A stretch of 63,863 nucleotides of DNA, counting the filler, from Basidiobolus ranarum (taxonomy: Eukaryota): assembly GCA_040143965.1 (NCBI GenBank). It is 24 parts of 24 records of this genome, joined end to end, with 100 filler letters (N's around TTAATTAATTAA, not from the genome) between each part and the next. Parts side by side here need not be neighbours in the genome. Positions count along the whole stretch, not along the records: positions 37,376 to 39,938 come from JASJQH010003201.1; positions 40,039 to 42,600 come from JASJQH010003202.1; positions 42,701 to 45,260 come from JASJQH010003203.1; positions 45,361 to 47,920 come from JASJQH010003204.1; positions 48,021 to 50,579 come from JASJQH010003205.1; 19 more parts are not named here. One strand, written 5' to 3'. The notes under the pieces were generated by a model. The model saw only the letters and a list, made by a program, of their open reading frames with translations. It was not told the origin of the DNA and did not search any database. The position numbers and the translations under genes were made by a program. The first letter of the stretch is position 1. Each line of letters begins with the position of its first letter. Of this stretch, positions 37,376 to 50,679 are shown piece after piece.

Positions 37376-39520
37376 GGGGGGGAAATTTGGTTAAACAAGG
37401 CTTGCATACTGCTGGAATTCTGTCAGACATATCCTGAATAGTGCTGATTGTGTTTTTTTGCTCAGGAACTGAGATTTGAGGTTAACGTTATGCTTTGTCA
37501 TCAAAAAACACATCTCTGCACTTAATGAACTTTCAATCACTGGTATCAAATGGTGTGTAGACCTTAGATCCTTTATAGCAACCAAGAAATATGCATTTTC
37601 AGCTTTCAGGTTCAAAGTTAGAGCCTCAGAATTTGCTTGTAATCATATTGGCCATCTGTTAATATTGGTAATCTAACTTTTAATCATGTAACGTTGATCT
37701 TGCCACATTCACTATGGCCCTATTAGCACATTCTGCACCTCCATTTGGCTGTGGAGTATAAGGTACAGTAGTTTGTTGCTTAATTCCAACTTTAGAACAA
37801 AGACCAGCCAACTTTTACCTAACCCTTTTATTTACAAATATGTCCATTTTATAGTTTTCTATGAAGTAGTACAATTAGCCATGAGTCAATCATAACAAAC
37901 AAGCTGGCTAAGCAAGAGTGAAAATTTGAGGTGATTTGGAGAAGTTTTGAGACAATAGTAAAAATTGGTAAAAGTGATCTAATTAATATTTCTATCACTT
38001 AGAGCAATAAGCACATGTCTTTATATAGCAGAATCATGTACTAAATGATCAGAATATGAATCAACTAACTATCAAATAATGACTTGCTATTTACCTAATA
38101 TGAACCATTTTATCCTCCAGATGATGAAAGTGGCAGTCTGCAAAGTTTTCCATATATTTAACCTTCACTAAGAACCAATTTGTGGAGAGTTCCAATTTCT
38201 AAGCCTAACACAAGCTAATTTTGGATCATTTGGGTCAGTGTTGTTCCCCAATGTGGCCTGATCTTCTATGCCCCATTTGACTGTGTATTTCACCAGTTTT
38301 GGCCTAGTTTGCATGCTCAGAGTGCAATTTGTTGATTTCTAGCTTGTATTAGTTTTGAGTCTTATTCCCAGCAGTTATTTTGGTTTTTCACTAGGCTGTG
38401 ATAGTTCACTCAGCCTTACCAAAGACAAAATTTAGTCCTTGAATTATTGCTTAGCTTTGCTGCAAGTAGATTCTTAATTATATTAGGTACATAGAGTGCA
38501 TCATTCAATTTTGCAGATGGTGTAGCTGAGTTTCAGTTTAAATTGAGTACAACTGTGCCCTTACCAACCACATCTAGTGGATAGTTATCACCTAAGTAGA
38601 CTTTCCTGGTTTGGATGGGGTTTAAGGCACAAAACCAATCTTTCTTGTTTGACATAAGCTGAGAAGCTCCTGAACCATTGTACTATGTTTATGAGTCTTC
38701 CTTAGTAGTAGTTACAGATAGGGCAGACACATATAAATATTCCATACCAGTGTATACTCGATATGCTTGTTCTAAACTTAGCTTTTTGGCAAAAATTCTT
38801 TTTCAGCAATCTTTGATTTATTAGCCTGGTTTCTTGCAACACTTGCAGATGATTGATTTCATAATAGCAGCACCATTATTGAAGCCTGCCGGCTATTTTA
38901 CAGCATCAAAAAAAGCCTGATCTGCAGGATTTTGCTGAGAATTAGATCTCCTCAATGCCTCATGCAAAAGCCCAGCACCAATATATCTATTGTTAAATGC
39001 TCCAATCTTGATTATTGGGAAATTATGAGGTGTGCAAACTCATCTGGCATGCTCCCAAGTAGTGTCATCACTAAGTCATTGTCATTCAGAGCAGCACCAG
39101 GGAATAAGAGCTGATCTACCATAGTCTTTTTCTGATTAGTATGATTAGCCATAAAATCATCCAAACTCATCTGAATTGATAAAATTTTTACCAAAGATAT
39201 AGCCCGTTAGCCAGAATTGTAGTAATCTCATAAAGTCATTCAAGTGTTTCCCAATCAGTTTGGATATTTTTGGCTGGTGTACATGCCACAATCAGGATAC
39301 TCTGCTATGTAGATTGAATGTGGAGAATGCCTTCCTTTGCTTCCTGTAAAAGGCAAGGGTTTTTTCTGGTGATCCCTTTAGCTCTATTTCTTCTCCTATA
39401 ACAAATTCACAAAGTTCCTCTACTTCTAGCACCATTTACATCTTGAACTTCCAAAGGTAAAGGTCTTCTCCATCAAACTTCCCTATGGATTTTGTTAAAT
39501 TAGATAAATAGCTACACATT
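37376..39520 (-). mobile_element. Degenerate, internally deleted Copia element
   Basis: GKFDGED..LWKFKM gag start, LLGSMPDEF, a CKCCKKPG knuckle remnant, SGASQ protease and TTVPYTPQPNG integrase. Confidence 0.8.
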
Positions 39521-39726
39521 TTTTGGTAGTTGATTTATTTATATTCTGTTTACTTAGTATTTGATTCTGCCATTCAGCTATGAGAGTTTATTGCTCTTAT
39601 TGATTGAAATAGCAATTAGGCCACTTTTACCACTTTTCACTATTTTCTCAAATCTTCTCCAAGTCATCTCAAATTTTCACCCATCTCTAAGCACATCCAA
39701 TAGTCCTTTTTTGTAGTCAACTATAA

Positions 39727-39938
39727 CCCTAACAAATATAAAATCGATTTGATCCGGATTGGATCCACCCTCCAAAATCGCAAAACTGTCAGAGAACTGT
39801 CACAATATCGTTGGCTTGCATTCTGCCAGGGATTTTCATGGTGTGACAGCAGTTTCTTAACAGTATCTTGGCAGTATTCATACGTGTTAAAATATTGATC
39901 CTCAAATTTGGCATGCGTTATTCAATATCCAGCAATTT
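39727..39938 (-). mobile_element. CMC terminus B
   Basis: CCCTAACAAATATAAAATCGATTTGATCCGGATTGGATCC. Confidence 0.85.
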
Positions 39939-40038
39939 NNNNNNNNNNNNNNNNNNNNNNNNNNNNNNNNNNNNNNNNNNNNTTAATTAATTAANNNNNN
40001 NNNNNNNNNNNNNNNNNNNNNNNNNNNNNNNNNNNNNN

Positions 40039-41152
40039 GTTTGTATATTGGGTTTAAGACTTTTAGATGCAAAAGAGAGTGTTCGAAAAGGTTGATAGGG
40101 CTCGTTATGCGTATTAACATCTTTACCATGTACCCTTTCCAGATTTCCAGTTTCAATATTACTCTTGGATCGAGGTCTGAAATCACGAAAACCTCTACCA
40201 CTGCCTCCCCCTTTGTCGTGGCTAATATTGTGTGAACCAAACGCAGGGTAGGAGTTATTCCATCTAATTACATCACAGCTTACTCTGCGAGGCCCATCGT
40301 TACGCGTTATTTCATGATCTATTGTTGCATGTAATTCTTTCGTAGAAGCTGGAGCAACCTTTAGTCTTGAATCGGTTCTGCCCTTGGACATAAGTTTGAA
40401 GTCGTCCGCTTTTTTCACCATCTTAATACCTTTTATCATATCTGGCTTTAAAGAAACATACACCCTCTTATCTCTGAATCGATCTGTGATTAAGTAAAAA
40501 AGTTTTAGAAAAGTTACAAATCATACCAAAGACCCATTATGTGTTACCTATAGAAATGCTCTTGGCCATAATTCCATCAATAGTATACGAGAGCCATTGG
40601 CTTACTAGACGAAGCTTCGATATCGACATAGAAAAAGGATCTTTCCAAGGGATTTGTTTCGGTACATTCTTTGGTCGTTTCTTGGGGTTGGCAAAGCAAG
40701 GACGAGTAGTACCTATGAGCAGGAGACGTGCGTTAGATTATGAATCACAGTGTTGTAGTGAGAGTTAGTTTACCAGTTAAATACTGCCACCCTTTTGTCA
40801 CGTATTCACGCAATTCCTTTATTTTGTACGAACCCGGGTGTAGAGGCGTTTCAAATTGCTTCGTAATTTTTCTGGCAAAGTATTCCTCAGGTAGAGACTT
40901 CAATACTTTGCTATTGAGTTTTCTCAGGAGGTACTTTTTCAAGTGATGTTGAGTTTCAGGCATAGACAGCCAAGCAGCCATAATCTCCGCTACCAAGTCG
41001 GAAGAAGAGTAGGCTACATTGAGGTGATGGTCAAGATCGAGAGTGATAGATAACTTGGTTGCCTTTGTTTTAGTGTAAAACTCCTCGATGTCTCTTACAT
41101 CATACTGTAGGGAATTATTAATACAGTCTCTCAGTTCCTCGCCACATAACAT
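40039..41152 (-). CDS. Multi-exon hypothetical protein (3' truncated)
   Basis: ORFs 40745-41152 and 40039-40463 are separated by short GT-AG intron-like stretches. CpG content is normal. Confidence 0.55.
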
Positions 41153-42399
41153 GTTGTAGTAGTGGGCTTCAAGCTAGCATACAGCACAGCACGAATAGCT
41201 AGGAGAACGGTAAATGTTTGGAAGTATATTGCAAATGACCAAACTATTGAACTGGTGAAGAGATATGAAAATGGAATTGCTGTGTCCACAGGATTTTAAA
41301 CAATAGAACCATTGCTCAAGGATTGAAATGTGGTGGCGAGAAATTCGACCCTCAACATCTCCTTACCATACTTGGTAGTAACACTCACAAGGCTGGACGA
41401 TCGGATTGGAGCTAGGTAATTGCAAGATGAACTGTAAAAGCCACTCCATTAACTATTGGATGAGCAAATGATGAAAATAGCACTTATACTAGCATAGCCA
41501 TAATTTTACAACAATATTATAGTGGTTTTTGAACTGGTATTGGTGACAGTATATATATTGAAAAGCCTTACCAAGGCATTGGTAAGATTTCAAGGGTCCC
41601 AAGAATTATCGTAGTGATACTACTAAGCCTGAACGCGAAGTAAGACGAGCTTCACCGACCAGCAACAAAAATAGCAGTTATCTGGGTAACTCTAGCATTG
41701 TTGAAGTATGAGATGACGTTTTTACCTATATTAGATGCTGATTTGATAGAAGCCAATATGGATGCGCGGGTACCGTATGATCATGAATCAGCGCCTATTA
41801 TGGAGATGAGGCCTATTTTTGGGTCTACCAAGACCCCATTCCAGGCCATCTGATACTTTTTAAGCGCTACCACACTGGTTACCTGCTTGTGAAACAAAGT
41901 TTATTACCCAGTCCGGTACAGGCAGAAGCCAAATAGACTTTTTAAGAAACGTATGGACAGACTGAAATGCCCTGTCAAATTGATGCTTGGCACCTCACAG
42001 TTATTGGTTGGCAGTCATCACATTCGAGGTAATCAAGTAAATCAATGAAGGCGCTGGCTCATATACATATGGGCATAGACCTTCTCTCATAGCCTACACG
42101 TGAAGAGCTGTAGTAGTGCTTGTAGAACAGCAATGTAGAACTAAGGCAGAGTCTTCTTGGTGGGAACAAAAGTAAGCACGAATGCTCTTGAAGCAAAACC
42201 CCAAGAATGGTCTATGCTCTCCGTTAGAATGCAATATAACCCATTGGCATACCATTCAAGTTGGCTTTGTGGACCAGTGCCAGCTGTACATCCTATTTCT
42301 GGCCACGGTCAACTACAATTAACATTGGAGTCTCCTCTATTCAGTGGCCAGTTAGCTAATACCATCAAGAAAGTGTGACCAAATAGTAAATATATACTG

Positions 42400-42600
42400 A
42401 GATAAGGATCTTTTGTCCCATCACAATATCCCAAAAAAAGACATTCCTGGCTTTTTTGGTCTAATTTTGATCTCCGGTCTGGAATCAAAGCATATGCGGT
42501 ACTTCCAAAAACTCTGAGATTAGCCACATCAGGTTTACTTCCAAACCAAGCTTGATAAGGTGTCATAGCCAATAGAGACCTAGAAGGACATCTATTCCTA
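42400..42600 (-). mobile_element. Copia integrase C-terminal fragment
   Basis: TPYQAWFGSKPDVANLRVFGS..KLDQKS..FLGY. Confidence 0.85.
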
Positions 42601-42700
42601 NNNNNNNNNNNNNNNNNNNNNNNNNNNNNNNNNNNNNNNNNNNNTTAATTAATTAANNNNNNNNNNNNNNNNNNNNNNNNNNNNNNNNNNNNNNNNNNNN

Positions 42701-43050
42701 TGGTAAAGCATATTGATTCTGTTGAGTTATGTCTAATCAGTTAAGTATGCGCATATGTAGAGACTAAACACAAAGAGATTCTTGTATTTTTTGATTTGCA
42801 TTATTGCTGGAATACAAAGCCTAAAATATCTAAATAAAGGCATGCATATTAATTCAAATTCTTTCAGCAGTAAACCCAGTAGTGTGCCTTTCAAAAATTA
42901 GATTTCTGCAAAAATTGCCAGATATTGAATAATGCATGCCAAACTTGAGGATCAACATTTTAATATTTATGAATATCATCAAAATACCTACAAGAATTTG
43001 CCATAACACCATCAATATTCCTGGCAGAATGCAAGCCACCAATATTGTGA
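42701..43050 (+). mobile_element. CMC 3' fragment
   Basis: Homolog of about 12665-13015. Confidence 0.8.
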
Positions 43051-44730
43051 TTTGCTATTAATCATGTTGAAGCATTTTATAATATCTAGGTTGTACCTAG
43101 ACTGCTTCAGCATGATTTTCTGATTGGGCTTAAGTCTCTGGATTTGGATTCCAAGTCAATAACTTAATTGACCCAAGTCATTCTACTAAAATTGGTTTGA
43201 GAAGCCACTTTTTGTCTGACTAAGTACTTCCAGATCATTTGTGGCTATGATCAAGTCATCCACATATAGTGCTAAGCTAAGGGTCCTATTTCCAATTATT
43301 TTAATGTAAATACTGCAATCTGCTGTGCATTTTTGAAACTCCAGTGATTCTAAATAGGTCTGTATCTTGGACTTGTTCCATTGTGCCAAGATTTATTAGC
43401 CCTTGGATCAATATATCAGAGTAAATTTAATTGAAATTGATCATGCCAGTGGGTGCTGGATAGTGCCAAATTGTGCCACATAAATTTTAGTATACTTTAT
43501 CCAATATGATACATATAGCAGAATCTGTCACTATCACAGTGAACAAGTCCCTTACTCTACCATGCCCTGGATGCCTGCTGGAGTCTGTATGACACCATTT
43601 GCAGCTGACAGACCATATCAGGGTATTTTGAGTCAACGAATTTGTCTGGTTGCTCCATATAGATCTCTTCTTCTAATTTTCCATTCAGCAAGGCTGTTTG
43701 TACATCCATGAGATGCAAATCATACTTATGTATGGCTGAGAGTGCCCAGATTAATCTAATGGAGCTCAATGTAGATTCAGCATAGAACAGTAATCAAAAA
43801 AATGCATTCACTGCTTTAGGGTTCAAAATTAGAGCCTATTTGGGCTGGAATTGGCAATATGATGTGCAACCAAAGATGCTGAGAAGATCCACACTTGGTT
43901 TTGATCCATATAGGCTTCAATAGATTACAATTATTTAGCAATCTTTTTGGGCTTCTGTTCCTGATAGCAAATGCAGTAGAGAAAGTTTCAACCCAACATT
44001 GGCAATCAAACTTTATATCACTCCAGAGCTTGAAGATTGCTGTCTGGTTATATTAGCAATATCTGTGGCTGAATCAGGCTGATTTTGGATCTTTTAGGTC
44101 ACTTTTTGCTCCCCTACATGGCCTAATCTTTTATACCATGCTTGACTGCCTAGTTTGCTGGTTTTGTCCAAGTTGATTATTTTCTAGCTTGTATAAGCTT
44201 TTAGTTTTCATCCCAGTTGCTAATATGGTGCTATTTTGATGTGCAATAGTGCATCCAGCCTTGCAGAGCACAAATATAGGTCTTGAGCTGCTACTTAGCT
44301 TAATAAGAGTAGATTATTTGCTATATTTAGTACGGAGAGTATTTCATCCATTTTAGCAGAAGATTTATTTAACTATTGGTCTAAATTGAGCACTACCACA
44401 TCCTTGTCAACTGCATCTAGTGCATAGTCATCTCCTAAATAGACTCTCTTTATTTAGATCAGTTTCAAGCTGAAAAACCAATCTTTCTTGTTTTACATAT
44501 GCTGCAAAGCATCTGAATCCGTGTACCCTCATTTTAGTGGTTATTGATTGGGCAGACACAAGTAGATGATACCTATTGGTACCAACTTTATTTGCATGTT
44601 CCAATTGTAGCTTTTGGGCAAAAATCCTTTTTCTGCAATTTTCAATTGAAAGACCTGGTTTCTTGCAATAATTGCCAATGATTGACGTCCTATTAATGGC
44701 ACCATCTTTGAAGCCTGTTGGCTTCTTTAG
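43051..44730 (-). mobile_element. Copia RT and gag-pol remnants
   Basis: MDVQTALLNGKLEEEIYMEQP, LYVDDLII and WYKRLGH. Confidence 0.85.
43369..43550. mobile_element. 182-bp MITE-like PIF/Harbinger-type derivative with 3-bp TSD CTT
   Basis: GGACTTGTTC...GAACAAGTCC is flanked by CTT. Removing it rejoins the Copia RT frame (RAW*SKIQTYL). Confidence 0.85.
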
Positions 44731-44922
44731 AGCTCCAAATGGGTCCCAAATCAGAGTGTATTGAAGGTGATATCAGGGAATTTTGAGTGCACCCAATGTT
44801 CTTTGATTCCCCTGGCCAGGTTTGGACATATGTAGTGCTTACATGGCATACAATGATACAGTATCTTGCTAGGTATTCATATCTGATATGTTCTGCAGTG
44901 GAGACAGCATCAGCCCAATACT

Positions 44923-45089
44923 AGACTTGTTCCATTGTGCCAGGATTTGCTGAATCTAGGCTCAATATATTAGAGTAATAGTAATTAAAATTGATCATGA
45001 CAGAGTGTGCTGGATAGTGCCAAATTTTGCAGTATAAATTTTAGACTACTTTATTCAATGTGATATACATAACATAAGCTAGCACTATC
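44923..45089. mobile_element. PIF/Harbinger-like element end, interrupted by a CMC insertion
   Basis: AGACTTGTTCCATTGTGCCAGG is homologous to 43369-43535. Confidence 0.8.
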
Positions 45090-45260
45090 CCCTAACAGAA
45101 ATTTGAGGATTGTTATCGTAGAAAAACTGTCACAATTTTAATCCATTTAGGGTTGACCGTTTACTTACCGTCATAAAATCATCAAGTTAGATTTGATTTT
45201 AATCAATTTTTTCAGTTTCAGGAGTGAAATTTCAAGATCTCGCAAAATAGTTGCAAATGA
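45090..45260 (+). mobile_element. CMC terminus A
   Basis: CCCTAACAGAAATTTGAGG. Confidence 0.88.
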
Positions 45261-45360
45261 NNNNNNNNNNNNNNNNNNNNNNNNNNNNNNNNNNNNNNNN
45301 NNNNTTAATTAATTAANNNNNNNNNNNNNNNNNNNNNNNNNNNNNNNNNNNNNNNNNNNN

Positions 45361-45759
45361 GCAACGTTAATACAATGGTGGGCTTTGATGGAGATATTGA
45401 TACAAACTTGTGTTGGGTATGAGCTAAACCTTGGGTATGAAGAACTCTATAAAAATATTCAGGAGAATATACCAAAGAGACTAGGGATTTCAAAGGTGAC
45501 AAATTAGCATTCAAGTGGTAAATGTGTAAAATTTAAGTTACATTTTTTGCACATTCATTGAACCATAGTTTGCTGAGATTGTAGCCAATCATGTGCAACT
45601 ATTTACAAGATCTTGAAATTTCACTCCCGAAACTGAAAAAATTGATTAAAATTAAATCTAAACTTGACAATTTTTAGATGGTAAGTAAACACTTAATCCT
45701 AAATGGATTAAAATTGTGATGGTTTTGCTACAATAACATTCCTCAAATTTCTGATAGGG
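45361..45759 (-). mobile_element. CMC terminus A region
   Basis: Homolog of 4323-4721. It ends ATTTCTGATAGGG. Confidence 0.85.
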
Positions 45760-46633
45760 CATAGGGCAACCACCGGATAACTGGAAGAGCATTAGCATTA
45801 CCACTTTATTGCAATGGTGGTGCTTGATGAAAGCATGGATGCAAGGTCATGTTGAGAATTGACCAAGCTCTGGATATGGAGCGCTTTATTTCAGTATTCT
45901 GGAGAATATAGGAAAGAAACTGGAGATTTCAAAGCAAGAAAATCAGTCAAAAAGTAATAAATGAGCAAAATTTGAGTTATATTACTCATATATTGCTTGA
46001 TCCTGAGTTGACAATTGTTTTAGCCTGTGGTGACCAATTATTTTAGGAGATCCCATATTTCATTTCTCAATATAAAAAACTTGATCAAATCCATATCCAA
46101 CTTGAAGAATTTGTAACAGTATCTCAAGGGCATCACAAGGAGGAACAAAATTGGTGATGTTTTTCCTAGAATATTAACTCTCAAATATCTGTTAGAATTG
46201 GTTTGCAAGGAGAATAAGTCTGTTTTGCTTTTTTGTAGAAATTGCTAAGACTTGTACCAAGTATGGCAGATGAGGCAGACTTTGAGGAGTAACTGCTTAA
46301 GTAATGGCACATTGCCATATAATTCCCCCACATTGAGAATGAACCTTAGCGGGAATATACTATACTTATTCAATTTTTGTGAGCCAGATCAGGCCAGCTA
46401 AAAAGTGTGCCACCACAAATTGCAAAATTGGGCATTATCCAGCATGATGTTATTTACCATTTCAGAAATATTCCTTTTACTTATATGTATATTTTGAAAA
46501 AGTGCTTTGAGAAATTATAGCATATCCAAAAGATGATGAAAGCTTCATTCATATAATCTTAGGTCTAAAGCTCTGAAAGTATATCTTTAAGTATGAAAGT
46601 ATTGAGAATTCATCAAGATTTTGACAACTTTAC

Positions 46634-47455
46634 CTAACTTTTATTGAAGCGCTCAAAATGATTTTCTATATATTTTCTGGCTACAATGCTATATCTCTTT
46701 AGGAAGCCATAGTTATGTTCTTCTCTTGCTCTGAAATGGGAGAAAATGTCACTATAAAGCTTTTGCCTCTCTGTAAGTATCCTTCCTCTGAGCCTCTTGT
46801 TAGCTGTGGCATATCCTAGCCTTCTGCATTCTTCCACAACATATGGCAAGTCAGACATAGTCTACCCATATCTTACAAATGGTGCATGCCTATCAACCCA
46901 AAGCCTTTTGTGATGGTTTCTCCCTGGATGCAGCCCAGTAAACTATATGATGTTTCCTTGCAAATCTGTCAAAGCCTGGAACTTTACACAGTGAGCTTTG
47001 CACTTGCCAGAATAGAGTAACTTTTGGTTGCTTTTAGGCCTGTTAATTCTGACAGGAAATGTGTTAAGAATACTTCTGACATGAACTCTATTGGAAAATA
47101 TTCCAGGAAATGGAAGGAAATTAGAGTCTTTGAATCAATTGTCCCAGGCACCTTCAACTTCATTCATCACTGAAGCTAGATAATTCTCACTTACTTCAAG
47201 CCTGATATGGAAACATTTCCTACTTTTGCCACCATCAATAGTGCACTGAAATCCAATTGGCCAATAGTTATGGTTGTAACAAAACAAATAGACTAGCTGC
47301 TTTCTGGTAGGTATTAGAGTATATGGGCCATAGTATTTCTCCAAGCTGGATTCTAAGATGGTGATAGGAAAGCCAGTAGTTGCTTTGGGATTAACAAGGA
47401 ATGACCATTTAGAATAGATGGAAGGCATGTTACAAATTGTGTATTGGGCTGGCAC
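46634..47455 (-). pseudogene. DDE_Tnp_4 (IS5/ISL2EU/Harbinger-group) transposase pseudogene
   Basis: Reading through stops gives FPVRINRPKSNQKLLYSGKCKAHCVKFQALTDLQGNII..PGRNH, D.PY and LTERQKLYS..FSHFRAREEH.YGFLKRY. Confidence 0.8.
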
Positions 47456-47699
47456 AATTAAGATAGATCTGGCTTGCTTAAGATACTTATCTAAGAACTT
47501 TAATTATTGTGGTAAAATTCCCAACATTTTGTTTAACAATATTCTTGTTTGTGTCAACTATCCTGACTGTTTCAACTATGTGTAACTGCATGGAAAGTAT
47601 ATAACAAATGGCATCAACAAGGTTACTCATAGTTTGATCTGAATCAATTTATTCGACATACATATCAAAAAGGCTCAATGTGGAATGCATAATGCTTGA

Positions 47700-47920
47700 T
47701 CATGCCATAGGAAATTTAATAGCATTTATTGATGATTATACTAGATACACTTGGTTCTACTTTATGGAAAGAAAAGAAAAAGCTCTCTCTATCTTTGGAG
47801 ATTTTAGAACACTTGTGGAGACTGAAACTGGAACTAAAATCAGGAAGATACATACTGATAATAGTTGAGAATATACTTCAACACTATTTAAGCATTTTGC
47901 TAAGTTCATGGAATTAAGCA
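47700..47920 (+). mobile_element. Copia integrase fragment
   Basis: FIDDYTRYTWFYFM..IHTDN. Confidence 0.85.
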
Positions 47921-48020
47921 NNNNNNNNNNNNNNNNNNNNNNNNNNNNNNNNNNNNNNNNNNNNTTAATTAATTAANNNNNNNNNNNNNNNNNNNNNNNN
48001 NNNNNNNNNNNNNNNNNNNN

Positions 48021-49531
48021 GGTCCTTGCACTGAAGTACCTGCCAAAGCTTCTTCAACAGCTGTTACGATCAAGTTGCCAAGAGATACGGTGAGTAGCCA
48101 GAATGATGAAGAGGTTGACTTCATTTGACGACCAACTTGTGTATAGGTGAATTGAAGTCCGGTGGGTGAAGTCATTGCTTCGCCCAATGAGAGAAGAGCC
48201 CATTGAGGTAATTGCCAGGCACCATGAAGGCAATTAGGGCATGCGACCACTTTTCCTTCACCATCTAGCACTGGTTTGTATTTCGCTAACACGATATATT
48301 GAAGACCACCGGACACACCAAACGACAGAATAACAAGGAAGAAACCAACTGCCATACGGCGAAGGAGGTAGAAGCGAATACCACGTCTCTCAAGGAATGG
48401 ATACAAGAGCTTGGCACAGATGGGGACAAAGATCAGAATGAAGATAGTATTGAAGATGGATGATTGTTCGGTGGTAATCACAAGTGAGCCCCAAGATTTG
48501 TTCATCATTTGATACTGTTCTTGCCACTCCGTACTTTGCTGATCATAAATCATCCAAAAAAACACAATAGGAAAGATCATTCCAAGTACTTTACCAAACA
48601 AACGGATCTCCTCGACAAAGAGAGGTCCAACGTGCTCTTCAGCAAAGTTGAGCCAGTTACCACGACGTTGACGCTCATCGATGGTGGCTGATTTGTATTT
48701 CTTGACTGCGTAGACAGTACCTTTGAGGGCTTTCCAAGGCAGAAACTCACCAATAGCCGGTACAACACGGTAGTGTTTGAAACCCATGATGAACACAATT
48801 AAAGCAAATCCAAATAGAATCGCGGGAAGTGCGAAAGAGGCAAAGTAACACTGGGTTCCCCAGCATATCAACTTTTCTTTCAAAAGTGGAGTGATGTATT
48901 GTGAGAATAGAGAACCGGTGTTGATCGAGATGTAGAATAAGGCAAAGAACCAATCTAACGCCTTAGTCTGATGTGGAAGATATTGATCACCACCATGAGA
49001 AGATACACAGGGCTTAATACCGCCTGTGCCTAGAGCAATCAATGTCAATGGTAGCATAGCAGTCCATAAAGGATAGCTACCATACTGTGCAACCAAACCA
49101 TTGATGGAGAATACAGCCATGAGGATGGTTCCAATGAAGTAGACGATGGATAGGTAGACAATGGTGTGATACTTTGCCAGCCAAGAATCAGAGATGGCAG
49201 CACCCAATAATGGGAAGAAATAAGCCATCATGTTAAAAGTATGTGACTGTACCTTAGCCTGCACTTGATTGAGACCAAGAGCACTCTTGAAATACTGCTG
49301 AAGGAGGTTCTTGATGCCATAGAATGTGAAACGCTCACAAAACTCATTAGGAATAATGTACCAAATGGCTCTGGGGATTTTGTTAGGATTGTTAATGAGT
49401 TGTTGATCAAGTTTAGCGTTGAGTTCACGCTCCAGGCGTAGGAGTTCCCTTTCACGTTCAGTAAGTTGATCCTCATCGGCAGTACCGATTTCCATCTGTT
49501 GCAGTTCGTGAATATCCTGTTTGGTTGACAT
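48021..49531 (-). CDS. PTR2: POT/PTR family proton-dependent oligopeptide transporter (3' truncated)
   Basis: EFCERF.FYG, GTGGIKPCVS.HGGDQ and FYISIN.GS motifs. Likely start is ATG 49531. Confidence 0.93.
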
Positions 49532-50272
49532 GGTGAAGAGGTAGATATGATATTTATTATTAGTTGGGTGACACATTATATATGTTCTTTTTAGCCCATT
49601 TTACCGCAATATGTAGTTACTTAAAATTATATGCTGTAGACTGGATTTTAACTGATTTTTGTATGATGTTGAGCCAAACTCTAATCGTATAATGACTGAA
49701 TCCTTGCCAATCATCTCAGGAAAATCAATCCCCTACTCACTAAAATTCAAACAAGGAATCCGAGTTAGTTTCAGGTGAATACCTAGAGATTAGGTCACCT
49801 CTTTTGAGCAAATGTGTGCCTCTATATCTTTGACTGGAAAGAAAGGATTCTTGAACATGGGAGTGAATCAAATCTTAAGGTGATTTGGTTGCAGATTTGG
49901 GTGCAATGCTCTCGGAAATGTCAAATGCTAGGGCTAGCTACGATCTGAAATGATAAACTAGAAGAAGACTGCATTACTTCAACGTAAATGGTGTCAGGGT
50001 CAGGGTTAGGTGTTGATTAGTAATCAGCTTGGCACCTAGGGTTAGGGTTTATGATAGAGAAATGGTCATGTAAGTATTGTTTATTTCTAATAGCATTTAC
50101 AATATATAAATTGCTTTACATGGACTTTCTTATGACAAGTTTTGCGGATAACAGAAGTTTTAAACTTTGAAATCAGTCGGAAATGTCCCCAAAAAGCATT
50201 AACACCAAAAAATGAATATCTAAATGTCCAATCCATAACTAAATCTGATTATTGGAAACTTCAACGCAAAAA

Positions 50273-50579
50273 TGTTGAAGTATTTTAAGAGTTGTTGAAA
50301 GTGATTTGGAGAACTAGAAGAATTGGCGGTTTTCACTTAACAATTTATTTGAGTATAAGTTGACATTTATGCTTTTGTCAACAGGTAGGAAAATCAACGC
50401 GTAGAATATGTGCAGGAAGGTCCCATGAACACGTGTACAACGTGTGGGGTCTCTTGGACAAGATTGAGAAAATTATATAATCTGAGCACTTACAAGTTGG
50501 TGGAAATATTCTAAGTAAATTCCAGGTGAAAATATTGAATATAACATAGTGAGACTTAAGTAGCCAACTATGTAACTAT
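50273..50579 (-). repeat. Copia LTR copy upstream of PTR2
   Basis: Aligns to 56535-56850. Homology begins at TGTT. Confidence 0.75.
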
Positions 50580-50679
50580 NNNNNNNNNNNNNNNNNNNNN
50601 NNNNNNNNNNNNNNNNNNNNNNNTTAATTAATTAANNNNNNNNNNNNNNNNNNNNNNNNNNNNNNNNNNNNNNNNNNNN

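Noticed and set aside
40960..41010. AAWLSMPETQ resembles the N-terminus of PP2A B'' subunits
   Set aside because: The match is too short and no EF-hands are visible, so the gene is left hypothetical.
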